From an uncultured Verrucomicrobiota bacterium (GTDB lineage: Bacteria; Verrucomicrobiota; Verrucomicrobiia; Limisphaerales; AAA164-E04), in assembly GCA_964342405.1 (NCBI GenBank), contig CAYFGX010000033.1:3152-67151 (forward strand): a DNA stretch of 64,000 nt, read 5' to 3'. This document shows positions 37,845 through 47,640 of the stretch, piece by piece. Below the pieces are notes generated by a model that worked only from the letters and a program-made list of their open reading frames with translations, ran no database searches and was not told where the DNA came from. How positions within the stretch are numbered: the stretch's first letter is position 1; the number at the start of each line of letters is the position of its first letter. Made by a program: the position numbers and the translations under genes.

Positions 37845-40100
37845 CTAGCGCTTGGATTGGGCTTGAATCAAATCTACGACCTCCGGCCGACCACGTTCGA
37901 TGGCTTCAAGATCCAGATCCAACTGAAGCGCGCCCCCAATAAACTCTACGATCCCCTTGATCTGTGGTCCCCAAGGAGCCATCGCTCCCTGAAGAGCCGT
38001 TTGTCCCATAAGATTCTTTGCCGAAGCATCCGCTCCGTTTTCAAGGAGCACCTTCGTGACTCCCTCTCGACCGAGAAACGCGGCACCATGGAGCGGCGTT
38101 GCTCCATCGCGATTCGCCTGGTTGACCTTCGCCCCCTTCTCGAGCAACCAACGAACTGCTTCAGCCTGATCCGCCATCGCAGCCCACGACAACGCTGAGA
38201 TCCCTTTTTCGTCCAGCGCATTCAGGTCCGCACCTTCTCCAACCAAGCGCTTTAGCAACGATTCATCACCGGCCTTCGCGGCAAGCCAGAGACTCGGCTT
38301 CTCTGTTCCCACAAGTTCACTGGAAGACTTGGCACCTTTTGATTTCAAGAAGCGAACGAGTTGAGGGCGCGCATCGCGAACTTCTTCGGGATCAATCTCG
38401 ATCTTTATCATGTTCGCAAAGAAACCCATGATTTCCTCCATCTCATCACTCCATGGAGCCGCCGCAATGTCTAGGGCTGTCTGCCCTTGGGGATTCTTCG
38501 CGTTGATGTCTGCTCCGTTTTCGACCAGAGCCGAGAGACTTGACTGAATACCAAAAAACGTCGCCGAGTGCACCATAGCCGATCCATCACCGCCTCGACT
38601 GTTTGGGTCAGCCCCGAGTTCGATGAGAGTTTCAATTGCCTCAGCGCGCCCAAAAATAACCGCTACAGACAGAGGCGTTTCCCCCATTTCACCCACTTGA
38701 TTCACCGAAAGCCCACGTGCGGCGAGCTTCCGAATCCAAGCGGAGTTCCCTGCTTGAGCCGCAGTAAAGAGATCGCGTTCTCCCGGCTTCCACTTCTTCT
38801 TTCCGCCAAATGCACCTCGCCCGATTATTATCGGTTCTCGCATTCCTGAGTCCCACTCGACAGCACCGTTCTTAATTTCCGTGAGCAGTCTTTCTTTCCG
38901 AGTGCGAATGAATTGCTGTAATTCTTCTGCCGCTCTTGGCATCTTGCGCTGTTCGCGATGCAAGTAGGGTTTCACCATCTCCATCACACGTTCCGTATCC
39001 GCAAGCAGTCGTTCCGAATCCCAGACGTCCTTCAACAATCGACGTAACGCTGCTTCGTACCGATCGCGAGCCTCATCAACTTGATATAAGCGATACGCAA
39101 TCAATCCAGCCGTTTTCACCGATAGGGGTGCGTTCGGCGACATCTCAAACTTACCTTTCTCGACAAACAACGAGTCGGTTCCCCAAGGCAGGAAGTGAAA
39201 ACGATCCGTTTTGGGATTCAAATAGAAGAAATAGTTGTTGCTGTTGCCCGCGTAACCATCCCAGAACCCCAACAGACTCTCCATAGCCCAAAATGAATAG
39301 AAACTCGGCAGATCGACATACTGTCCAATCTCTTCTTCGTAACGAGCGTCCCGCAGCCCCTCCGTGCGATTGAGCACTTCGGTCAAAGCCACGATCTTGG
39401 CTCGGCCCTTTTCATCACTTCCCGTCTTGTGCTCGAATGATTTTTCCCAACCGGAGTGAAAATCAACGATCGTTCCTTCGTACAGCACCCCCTTGTCGCT
39501 TCGAAATTCCCTAGCCAGTAAAGGACGTTTCACACTTTCCACATGAGAATAGATCCCAAGACTTGCCCCATTAACGGTGACATGCGCGTAGCTGCAACGA
39601 GAGGCTGGAAGGCCTGCGGCTCGAAAGATGCCATAAGAGAGGTATTGGCTCAGCTGACTCCCATCTTGCTTGTTATTGTTCAAGGTCAAGCTAGTCGTCC
39701 CTTCAATGGATGTGGACTCGTCGCTGTAGTTCAGTTTCAGTTTCAACGACGGACGCGTCATGCTCTGAGATCCGATGAATCCCTTCTTCCGAAGCCCCAC
39801 ACCAGCGAAACGCTTCCCATCTATCTCAACATCCGCTTTGACGTAGGTGTATGGGCTTTCGGCGGGCCCTTCGCGGCGATCCCCAGACAAGGCCTCCATG
39901 AATTCTCGTGATTGCTTTCGAATCGTATCCCAGTCGTCTTCGCCAACTTGGATCTTTACGTCGACGACCCGATCCGGTCGAAACAGATCATCTAGGCGTA
40001 ATTCAGCGGCGGTGACTCCCCCAACCAACGCCATCGTCAATGCCCATGCGGCGAGTCCCCGAACCAATGTCATTGAATTCCTCATTATCGTGAAAGACAC
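37845..40100 (-). CDS. CotH kinase family protein fused to ankyrin repeats
   Basis: VGLRKKG, RPSLKLK, LTLNNNKQD, LGIYSHVE, GVLYEG, WDGYAGNSNNYFFY, FLPWGTD; C-terminal GETPLSVA, GQTALDIA, GATPLHGAA ankyrin motifs. Start may be 40085 or 40073. Confidence 0.9.
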   Translation of the reverse strand: MSFTIMRNSMTLVRGLAAWALTMALVGGVTAAELRLDDLFRPDRVVDVKIQVGEDDWDTIRKQSREFMEALSGDRREGPAESPYTYVKADVEIDGKRFAGVGLRKKGFIGSQSMTRPSLKLKLNYSDESTSIEGTTSLTLNNNKQDGSQLSQYLSYGIFRAAGLPASRCSYAHVTVNGASLGIYSHVESVKRPLLAREFRSDKGVLYEGTIVDFHSGWEKSFEHKTGSDEKGRAKIVALTEVLNRTEGLRDARYEEEIGQYVDLPSFYSFWAMESLLGFWDGYAGNSNNYFFYLNPKTDRFHFLPWGTDSLFVEKGKFEMSPNAPLSVKTAGLIAYRLYQVDEARDRYEAALRRLLKDVWDSERLLADTERVMEMVKPYLHREQRKMPRAAEELQQFIRTRKERLLTEIKNGAVEWDSGMREPIIIGRGAFGGKKKWKPGERDLFTAAQAGNSAWIRKLAARGLSVNQVGEMGETPLSVAVIFGRAEAIETLIELGADPNSRGGDGSAMVHSATFFGIQSSLSALVENGADINAKNPQGQTALDIAAAPWSDEMEEIMGFFANMIKIEIDPEEVRDARPQLVRFLKSKGAKSSSELVGTEKPSLWLAAKAGDESLLKRLVGEGADLNALDEKGISALSWAAMADQAEAVRWLLEKGAKVNQANRDGATPLHGAAFLGREGVTKVLLENGADASAKNLMGQTALQGAMAPWGPQIKGIVEFIGGALQLDLDLEAIERGRPEVVDLIQAQSKR

Positions 40101-40331
40101 ATTTCGTTGCTAAATCGTTGCACAAATCACACAAATAATCAAAAAAGTGCGCCCGATCCCGTGAATCTCTCCGTTCCCGAAACACGGTAGCAGTGAGGCT
40201 CGAAATCTCTCGATCACCAAATCCAACCCAGGAACCCCCAAAATATTCCTTTACGCCAGAAGCGCCCCCGATTAGAAGGCCTCTTCCCTTTAGACAACAA
40301 AACCGCCAAAGCGCGCCCGAAGCCACGCCAC

Positions 40332-41759
40332 ATGACAGATCAAGCCAACTCATCGGAAAAATGGTATTCTGGGATTACCAAATACCAATGGACCGTTCTC
40401 GTGATTGCCTCGCTAGGATGGGTATTTGACATTTTTGAGGGACAGATCTTTGTCGCCAGCATGCGGGAGGCGATGCCTTCGCTTGTATCAGCGGGAACGG
40501 ACGCCAATCGCATTGCGTTCTATAACCAGATTGCACTCGCTGCCTTCCTCCTCGGCGGCGCCATCGGAGGAATCATTTTTGGAGCACTCAGCGATCGCAT
40601 TGGCCGAAAGAAAACAATGTCATTCACGATCTTGTTCTACTCTCTTTTCACCTGTTTATCCGCTTTCTCGCAAGATTGGTGGCATCTGGCAGGGTTCCGC
40701 TTCCTCGTCGCCCTCGGCGTCGGTGGCGAGTGGGCTGTTGCGAGCGCGTTGGTAGCCGAAGTGTTCCCGAAACGGGCTCGAGCCCACGTGGGTGGCATCT
40801 TTCACGCCTCCAGTGTTCTGGGGACCTATCTTGCGGTTGCTGCGGGAACTTTCTTCATCGGCAACGCTGCGATTCACGCCTGGGCGGCTGAACAACAAGG
40901 GACTTGGATCGCGAATATCGTCGACCCGACTTCGTTGCCATGGCGATTGGGATTCGCCCTCGGGGTCCTTCCTGCTCTGTTGATTCTATGGATTCGATCG
41001 AGTCTCAAGGAACCCGATAGTTGGGTTGCTGCTCGCCTCAAGTCTCAAGAAGACGCGAACGAAGCTATGGGTACGATCGGCGACCTTTTCAAAGGGCAAC
41101 TTCTTCGACACACCCTCGTTGGCGTTTTCCTCGCTGCGGTCGGACTGGCGACGTTTTGGGGCGCTCATATTTACGGCAAGAACACCTTGCTCGCAGCTGC
41201 GGAACGCAAGGTCGTCGCGGAGGCAAGCAGCGGCCCAGAGGCGCTCACACCGGAGGCACAACAACAAGTCATCGCGGACAACGCCACCTCCCTCAAACGC
41301 TGGGAGATGCTCGGGATGTTCGTGGTCACCACGGGCGGTGGGATTGGGCTCTTGAGCTTCGGCCCCATTTGCTCTCGCATTGGTCGACGGAAAGCCTTCT
41401 TGCTCTACCACGTCGGCGCGGTCTTCAGCGCACTCCTAGTCTTTCAGGTTATCAAAAGCACAGGCCCCTTACTACTCGTGCTTCCAGTCTTCGGGTTTCT
41501 CACGCTGGGAATGCATGCTGGGTATGCCATCTATTTTCCGGAACTCTACCCCACCCGCTTACGAGGTACGGGAACCGGTTTTTGTTTCAATGCAGGCCGC
41601 ATCATTGCTGCGCCGATCCTCTTCTCCATGGGATGGTTGCAAAGCAATTTTGGATTAAACTTGATGCAGGCGGCATCCTACCTGAGCCTCCTCTACTTGC
41701 TGGCGGTTGTGATCCTCATTTTCGCACCCGAGACCAAGGGGCAAGAGTTGCCCGAATAG
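40332..41759 (+). CDS. MFS transporter
   Basis: GWVFDIFE, FGALSDRIGRKK, LGVGGEWAVASALVAE, PELYPTRLRGTG, APETKG. Confidence 0.93.
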   Translation: MTDQANSSEKWYSGITKYQWTVLVIASLGWVFDIFEGQIFVASMREAMPSLVSAGTDANRIAFYNQIALAAFLLGGAIGGIIFGALSDRIGRKKTMSFTILFYSLFTCLSAFSQDWWHLAGFRFLVALGVGGEWAVASALVAEVFPKRARAHVGGIFHASSVLGTYLAVAAGTFFIGNAAIHAWAAEQQGTWIANIVDPTSLPWRLGFALGVLPALLILWIRSSLKEPDSWVAARLKSQEDANEAMGTIGDLFKGQLLRHTLVGVFLAAVGLATFWGAHIYGKNTLLAAAERKVVAEASSGPEALTPEAQQQVIADNATSLKRWEMLGMFVVTTGGGIGLLSFGPICSRIGRRKAFLLYHVGAVFSALLVFQVIKSTGPLLLVLPVFGFLTLGMHAGYAIYFPELYPTRLRGTGTGFCFNAGRIIAAPILFSMGWLQSNFGLNLMQAASYLSLLYLLAVVILIFAPETKGQELPE

Positions 41760-41786
41760 GGACCTTACTGTCAGGCGTACGCGTAC

Positions 41787-42263
41787 GTGGAAGAGACGAT
41801 CCAACCAGATGGATATTGGGTTTCCGTTGCCGACTCGAAAATCGATCGCAACGGCGTCTTTGCGCGCCGTATGATTCCCGCCGGAACGCGTTTGTTTCCC
41901 TACCGCGGAATTCGGATTACCAAAGAAGAAGCCACCCGGCGGTTGGAGGACGGCAACGCCTATCTCTTCATTCTCGACGATGAGTATGACCTGGACGGGG
42001 ACGTACCGGAGAATCTAGCCCGGTTCGTGAACCACAGTTGTTTCCCCAATTGCGAGTCCTTCCATCAAGGCGATGAAATTTGGATCGCAAGCCTTGAGGA
42101 TATTCAGCCCGGAGCGGAAATCACGATCAACTATGGCTACGGCCTAGAAGACTACCCCAACAACCCCTGCTACTGCGGGCATCAAGAGTGCATCGGCTAC
42201 ATCGTGGCCGAAGACCATCAGGAGACGGTTAGGCTCTCAGAGCAAGCAACACCGAGTCCCTAA
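41787..42263 (+). CDS. SET domain lysine methyltransferase with post-SET zinc motif
   Basis: SKIDRNGVFA, ARFVNHSCFPNC, DIQPGAEITINY, CYCGHQECIGYI. Confidence 0.92.
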   Translation: MEETIQPDGYWVSVADSKIDRNGVFARRMIPAGTRLFPYRGIRITKEEATRRLEDGNAYLFILDDEYDLDGDVPENLARFVNHSCFPNCESFHQGDEIWIASLEDIQPGAEITINYGYGLEDYPNNPCYCGHQECIGYIVAEDHQETVRLSEQATPSP

Positions 42264-43726
42264 GCAGCTGAGCCGCTTTGCTGTCCTTCAGCCTGCTGCG
42301 CGAAATCGGCCATGCTCATGGTGTTTGATAGCGCGAGTGAGGCTTCTTCCACCCGGTCATAGGCCAACCGAATTTCATCTCTCATCGAATCGTCAGCACT
42401 CACGACTCCGATTCCCTTACCTCGTCGAATCGCCATCAAAACGTTTCCAACCGTGATAGATCTCGGAGGCTTGGCCGGCAGGTAGCCCCCGTTCTCGCCT
42501 TGCACTTCACTGATCATCTGGTTCTCCTCAAGTTGCTCCATAACCTCCATGGTTAGACCAGAGCCTACGCCCAACTTGACAGCGAGATCCTGAATTCGAG
42601 GAGGACGTTTCCCATTCAAGAAATGTTCTGAGATCAGGGCCATCAAACGCAACGCCAAGAACTCTCTTCCGGCATGATGCACACGGTCGTTCTGCTTCTC
42701 CTGCATGTAAGACTGATAATTTTGGAACGCGTAAGCCACTTGCGCCCCGAAGAGCAAAATAATCCAACTCACATACAAGCCCAACAAGAGCATCGGCGCC
42801 GCTCCTAAACTTCCGTAGATCCGATCCGCATTCGCAACGTTTGAAATGTATAGAAAGCTGAGTTTGTTGTTGAGCTGCAATAGGAACCCGGCCACGAGCC
42901 CCCCCACCAGTGCCGAACGAATTTGAACTTCGGTCTTCGGCATCACTTTATAGAGAACCGAGCAGGCAATGGCGTAAAGGAACCATGAAATCGAAAAGAG
43001 CACTACAGCTCCGATACCGTCAAGTTCTCTCACCCATTGAAGCGAACGGCTAAAATGCGAGCTTGAGCTCACACCAATGGCCAAAATCAGCAGAATGGGC
43101 CCAAGTGTGAGACTTGTCCAATAGTGCACAATACTCGCAAACCAGCCTCGCCCCTTCTTCACGCCCCAAATATCGTTAAAGGTCGCTTCGATCGACCGGA
43201 ACAAGAGCACCGCTACCAAAATGAAGGCAATCACACTTGTCACACCAATTGTCTTCGCGTGAATGTTATTGATGTATTCGTGAATACTTTTTGCCACCTC
43301 GGTTCGACGGCTTACGGTCTCTGGCTCCAATCCTTCGGTCGAAACTTGCCCGCCCTCTTCAACAGCGTTGGGATCCAATTCCGGCGCTCCCTCTTTAACC
43401 TCCAAATCCAACATGGGCGCCACCGTAGCGACAAAGTACTCGATCAATTGCTCAACCTGCTGCTGTCCTTCGTCTCCGTCCTTAGCAATCAAATTCGTAG
43501 CGACGCTGAGAGCGACCGCAAGCACCGGAATCAAGGCCAGAAGCGTCGTGTAAGCAAGCGACGAAGCTCGAACCAAACAGCGATTCCTCACGAAGCTTTG
43601 CCAAGTCAGCAAGAAGAAATAGAAGTATTTGTGAGTCCGCGTTACTTTTAGGGCTTCCTCACTGACACGCCGAAGCTCCCGCAACAATCGTTGCCCGGCG
43701 ATGAAACACTTTTTCAGACTCTCCAT
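42260..43726 (-). CDS. YihY/virulence factor BrkB family membrane protein with C-terminal winged-HTH (Rrf2-like)
   Basis: RASSLAYTTLLALIP, FNDIWGV, YGSLGAAPMLLLGLYVSWIILLFGA; C-terminal QDLAVKLGVGSGLTMEVMEQL...GGYLPAKP. Confidence 0.9.
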   Translation of the reverse strand: MESLKKCFIAGQRLLRELRRVSEEALKVTRTHKYFYFFLLTWQSFVRNRCLVRASSLAYTTLLALIPVLAVALSVATNLIAKDGDEGQQQVEQLIEYFVATVAPMLDLEVKEGAPELDPNAVEEGGQVSTEGLEPETVSRRTEVAKSIHEYINNIHAKTIGVTSVIAFILVAVLLFRSIEATFNDIWGVKKGRGWFASIVHYWTSLTLGPILLILAIGVSSSSHFSRSLQWVRELDGIGAVVLFSISWFLYAIACSVLYKVMPKTEVQIRSALVGGLVAGFLLQLNNKLSFLYISNVANADRIYGSLGAAPMLLLGLYVSWIILLFGAQVAYAFQNYQSYMQEKQNDRVHHAGREFLALRLMALISEHFLNGKRPPRIQDLAVKLGVGSGLTMEVMEQLEENQMISEVQGENGGYLPAKPPRSITVGNVLMAIRRGKGIGVVSADDSMRDEIRLAYDRVEEASLALSNTMSMADFAQQAEGQQSGSAA

Positions 43727-43779
43727 ATTCGTGAACCCTGGGGCCTCGTTTTCCGTCCCTTCTTTGTTCGAATCCCTCT

Positions 43780-46428
43780 TTAATTCTGATCGTTCGCTAG
43801 ACTCAATACCACACGAAAGCCCAGATCCGGCTCCTGAGAATCCTTCGGCACGGTTTCACGGTAGGTGCTCGCCAGGTGGGCGCGATCGACACTCAAATAG
43901 GAGCCTCCCCGGACCATTCGTTTTTCAGAATTCGGATTTCCTGACATCGAACACCACTCGCGTACATTTCCGCCGAGATCATAGAGACCGAAGCGATTCT
44001 CAATGAACTGCCCAACAGGTGCCAATCCGGAAAACCGATCCTTCACAACGATCTGCGCCTCCTCCTCACCATACCGAATCGTGCCGTAGTTCCCCACGCC
44101 AGGCGTCGGCGGCCAGATTCCCCAGGGAAACGCACTGAGCTCAGCAACTGCAAGATCCCATTCTGCGTCATCCGGGAGACGATACTGCTGCTGCGAACCC
44201 AAGAGGTTTTGCGACTGTTCCTGTTCGGTCAACCACCGACAAAAGGCATCTGCTTCCACCCAACTCACGTTGCTCACCGGCAGATCCAACTGCGCACTCA
44301 AATTTTCGCCCCCCTCCGGTGCTTTCCAAGCATCTGACAAGGCGACGCCACGGCCGGCATTTTCAGCAAACCGCATAAACGCTCGCCGGGTGACCTCATA
44401 GACGCCGAACAGTACCTTGTCGCTACCTACCGGAACGAAGCGCATACCAAGTGAATTGATCCAATCCTCTTGAGCCTCGGGTTGACTCATCGGCTCGAGC
44501 TCCTTCGAAACGAAGGTCTCGATGTCCTTCTCGACGCGCGCTGAGAGGATCATACTTCGATGACGCGGCGCTTTGATCGTGAGGCGGTGATTTCCCGGCG
44601 GCACATTTGTCACGGTCAACGGGGTTACTCCTACCAGCTCCGCCCCCAGAAAGACCTCCGCCTCTTCAGGAACCGTTTCAACCGCGAGTTTACCCGCTTC
44701 AAAAACAACGGACGATTCATTGGAAGATTCTCCGCCGACCCGAAGATAGGTTGTCTTACTTCGCTTCCCGAGCCGGAACTCCAGCTGGTAGAGCCCAACT
44801 CGAAGGGGAAATTCATCTGGGCAAGATCCGGATCGGACCTCTTGGCTCCCTCGACTAAGCACATAACGGACTCCATCCGGTTCTGAACTCAAGGATACAA
44901 GTTGAGATTCAACCTGCAGGTTGACAGACACCCAGTTGGTCTCACCGGCCGCAATACTACTGTTCAGGTTCGTCACAACATATCCAGACGCAATCAAGCG
45001 AAGCTCAACATCTCCCGCAGGCAAGTTCGAAAATACCGTGGGTGTCACTTGTTCGATAGGGATTTCCCGGGTATTCAACCAGAGTTCCGCGATGGCGGGA
45101 ACAGGCTCTGTTCGAACCGAGAGCCAGCCCACATTCTCCGGCGTCTCCACGAGAGCAGCAAACTCATCGTAGGTCGATAGGTTGGTCGAAATTGATGGAA
45201 TTGACCGACTCAGCAAAGCTTCTCCCGCAAGATTCGGATCTCCGTCCACCTTTGAATCTCTCCACTGGTCCACCGCAATCGCAACGGCCACCATAGCAAC
45301 CAACACGATCAGGCCAAACACTACCCCGAACCTCTTGTCGCTCGTCATGGGAGGCGGTGGCACATAGGGACCAGCGGCCGTCTCAGGTAAGTCTCCATCC
45401 GTTTTCGCATCCGAGTCGTCATCCACGATCTGACCGATCTTTGCCACCGGGAGCTTGCGCGAAACCGCTTCCGGAGCCTGTGGTTTAGGCTCTGGAGACG
45501 ATGCCTTATCTGGCTGGGGTGAGGCTTTCGGCTCCACGACAGCTTGCTGTCGCCAAGCGGCCTGCCAAAACTCGCCGACACTTGGGAACCGCTTCGAGGG
45601 ATCTTTCGACAGAGCCCGCGCAATAGCACGATCCAAGGATTCCGGAACGCGCTCAGGATCCTCCCCCAAGTCCTCCAGTCGTTCACGTAAAGAATCTGGT
45701 TCAACTTGACGGATCTGATGCAACAAATCTCCGCTAACAAATGGAGGCTGGCAGGCAATCAGCTCGAAGAGGGTCGCAGCAAAGGAATAGACATCGTCGG
45801 TCGACCTTGCTGGCCGGCCATCCAACTGCTGAGGACTTAGAAAGGCGATCGGCAATGATCCCGTCACCTCACCGGCAGCACGCTGCTCAAGCTCACAAAA
45901 GAAGGCCAACCAACCGTGATGAAGCACACGAATCTCCCCCTCTCGATCAAGGAGCAATGCCTCCGGACTCAGACTCCGATGAAAACGCTTTGCGCGATGC
46001 TCCTTACCGAGCCCATCCCCAACGGGCTTCAGCCATCCTTTTAACTGCGAGAGAGGGATTTGGCGGTTCTCAAGGGACAAGCGAAAATGCTTCAAATTGA
46101 GGCCATCAATGAACTCCATCAAAGCATAGGGCCACGCAACGCCCTCAACCATGACACCCAAGACACGTTGAAATACTTTGGCCGATTCCTTAGCCAGCGT
46201 TTTCGTTCGCCTCAACCACTCATCAAAGACCGCTTCATCGCGGACGACCGCCTCTGTCGGGAAATAGACAATCACTTCTTGTCCGTTCTCCGGGTGAGAG
46301 GCTAACCATTGCTCCCCTTTTGTGAGCGCATCGAGCCGACGAGATAAAACCCATCCATCCGGGGACAAAACCATGCCCACAGCGGGGGGCTGCCATTGAT
46401 ACGAATCTGCTCCCATGATAAGTGACAC
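43780..46428 (-). CDS. Membrane Ser/Thr pseudokinase - TM - PEGA repeats - FGE-like domain protein
   Basis: Kinase fold with FLSPQQ, DDVYSFAATLFEL, PPF, ALSKDPSKRF; TM FGVVFGLIVLVAMVAVAIAV; PEGA LAVETVPEEAEVFL..GVTPL; FGE PVSNVSW, YRLP, GLYDLGGNVREW, LGFRVV. Start may be ATG 46416. Confidence 0.87.
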   Translation of the reverse strand: MSLIMGADSYQWQPPAVGMVLSPDGWVLSRRLDALTKGEQWLASHPENGQEVIVYFPTEAVVRDEAVFDEWLRRTKTLAKESAKVFQRVLGVMVEGVAWPYALMEFIDGLNLKHFRLSLENRQIPLSQLKGWLKPVGDGLGKEHRAKRFHRSLSPEALLLDREGEIRVLHHGWLAFFCELEQRAAGEVTGSLPIAFLSPQQLDGRPARSTDDVYSFAATLFELIACQPPFVSGDLLHQIRQVEPDSLRERLEDLGEDPERVPESLDRAIARALSKDPSKRFPSVGEFWQAAWRQQAVVEPKASPQPDKASSPEPKPQAPEAVSRKLPVAKIGQIVDDDSDAKTDGDLPETAAGPYVPPPPMTSDKRFGVVFGLIVLVAMVAVAIAVDQWRDSKVDGDPNLAGEALLSRSIPSISTNLSTYDEFAALVETPENVGWLSVRTEPVPAIAELWLNTREIPIEQVTPTVFSNLPAGDVELRLIASGYVVTNLNSSIAAGETNWVSVNLQVESQLVSLSSEPDGVRYVLSRGSQEVRSGSCPDEFPLRVGLYQLEFRLGKRSKTTYLRVGGESSNESSVVFEAGKLAVETVPEEAEVFLGAELVGVTPLTVTNVPPGNHRLTIKAPRHRSMILSARVEKDIETFVSKELEPMSQPEAQEDWINSLGMRFVPVGSDKVLFGVYEVTRRAFMRFAENAGRGVALSDAWKAPEGGENLSAQLDLPVSNVSWVEADAFCRWLTEQEQSQNLLGSQQQYRLPDDAEWDLAVAELSAFPWGIWPPTPGVGNYGTIRYGEEEAQIVVKDRFSGLAPVGQFIENRFGLYDLGGNVREWCSMSGNPNSEKRMVRGGSYLSVDRAHLASTYRETVPKDSQEPDLGFRVVLSLANDQN

Positions 46429-46583
46429 TCTTGAATCTCTGTCACGCCAGCCAAACTGATGGCCAACGGCAATCTGACGAGTCTAGGAGGAGCCTTCAGC
46501 CCGGGCCAGGAAATATCGCCAGCGGATTTGCTTACGACCGCAAACAAAACCCGATACTCAGCCCTCTTCGCGACGACTAATCG

Positions 46584-46613
46584 TTGCCAAGTCTAGGTCG
46601 GGATCGATACACT
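46584..46613 (+). promoter_or_regulatory. Sigma70-type promoter of nadA (probably leaderless transcript)
   Basis: TTGCCA (46584-46589), 18 nt spacer, TACACT (46608-46613); ATG begins 7 nt later at 46620. Confidence 0.6.
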
Positions 46614-46619
46614 CCAGCA

Positions 46620-47615
46620 ATGGGTGACACGATCACACTAGAAAATCGCGGTGGCGCAGACTTCACAGTCCGAGAACCAGCAACTCCAGATCGACTGGAC
46701 AAAATCTCCCAAGAGATCTTGCGGGTAAAAAAGGAGCTCAACGCCGTCATTCTCGCTCATAACTATCAGATTCCCGAGATTCAAGATCTCGCTGACTATG
46801 TAGGCGACTCCCTGGGACTCTCCCAACAAGCGGCAGCTACCCAAGCCGACGTCATTGTCTTCTGCGGCGTTCATTTTATGGCCGAAACCGCCAAGATTCT
46901 GAACCCGAAGAAGACCGTCATTTTGCCTGACGCAGATGCTGGCTGTTCGCTTGAGCAGAGCTGCCCAGCCGACAAACTACGCGAATTCCAACAGCAGAAC
47001 CCGAACTTCTACACCATAGCCTACATCAACTGTAGCGCTGAAGTGAAGGCCCTCAGCGATGTCATTTGCACCAGTGGAAACGCTAAGAAGATCGTTGAAG
47101 CAGCACCGAAAGATCGCGATCTCCTCTTTGTGCCAGACGAAAACCTTGGTGCCTGGGTCACTGAGCAAACCAACCGACCAATGACGCTATGGCAGGGAAA
47201 CTGTTATGCCCATGTAGAATTCACACACGAGTCCATCATGGAGATTCGGAAATCTTATCCTGACGCACCGCTCGTGGCGCACCCTGAATGCACCAAGTCC
47301 GTCCGACTTCTGGCGGACGAAATCTGTTCAACTGAGAAGATGGTGACCTTCTGTCAACAAACAGACGCAAAGGCCCTCATTATCGCAACGGAGGCTGGGA
47401 TGCTTCATCGTTTGAAGAAGGAGTGCCCAGGCAAAGAGTTCATTCCCGCTCCGACTGACTCATGTCGGTGCAACGAGTGTCGCTACATGAAAATGAATAC
47501 GCTTCCCAAGCTCTTGTCGTGCATGGAAAACCTGAATCCACAAGTTCAGCTTTCTCAAGAGCTCATTGATCAAGCACGAGCTCCTATCGATCGAATGCTC
47601 GAGCTCTCAAAGTAG
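46620..47615 (+). CDS. nadA: Quinolinate synthase
   Basis: VILAHNYQ, ADYVGDSL, VFCGVHFMAETAKILNP, AGCSL, YINCSAEVKA, CTSGNA, AHPEC, TEAG, CNECRYMKMN. Confidence 0.97.
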   Translation: MGDTITLENRGGADFTVREPATPDRLDKISQEILRVKKELNAVILAHNYQIPEIQDLADYVGDSLGLSQQAAATQADVIVFCGVHFMAETAKILNPKKTVILPDADAGCSLEQSCPADKLREFQQQNPNFYTIAYINCSAEVKALSDVICTSGNAKKIVEAAPKDRDLLFVPDENLGAWVTEQTNRPMTLWQGNCYAHVEFTHESIMEIRKSYPDAPLVAHPECTKSVRLLADEICSTEKMVTFCQQTDAKALIIATEAGMLHRLKKECPGKEFIPAPTDSCRCNECRYMKMNTLPKLLSCMENLNPQVQLSQELIDQARAPIDRMLELSK

Positions 47616-47640
47616 CGAGGCGAGCGACTGAGAAGACTTC

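Noticed and set aside
41776-41787. 12-bp palindrome CGTACGCGTACG before the SET start
   Set aside because: Single copy with no second instance or promoter context; could be chance.
41021-41983. 320-aa alternative-frame ORF over the MFS and SET genes
   Set aside because: Arg/Ser/Pro-rich with no motif; fully overlaps two well-supported genes; typical shadow ORF of GC-rich DNA.
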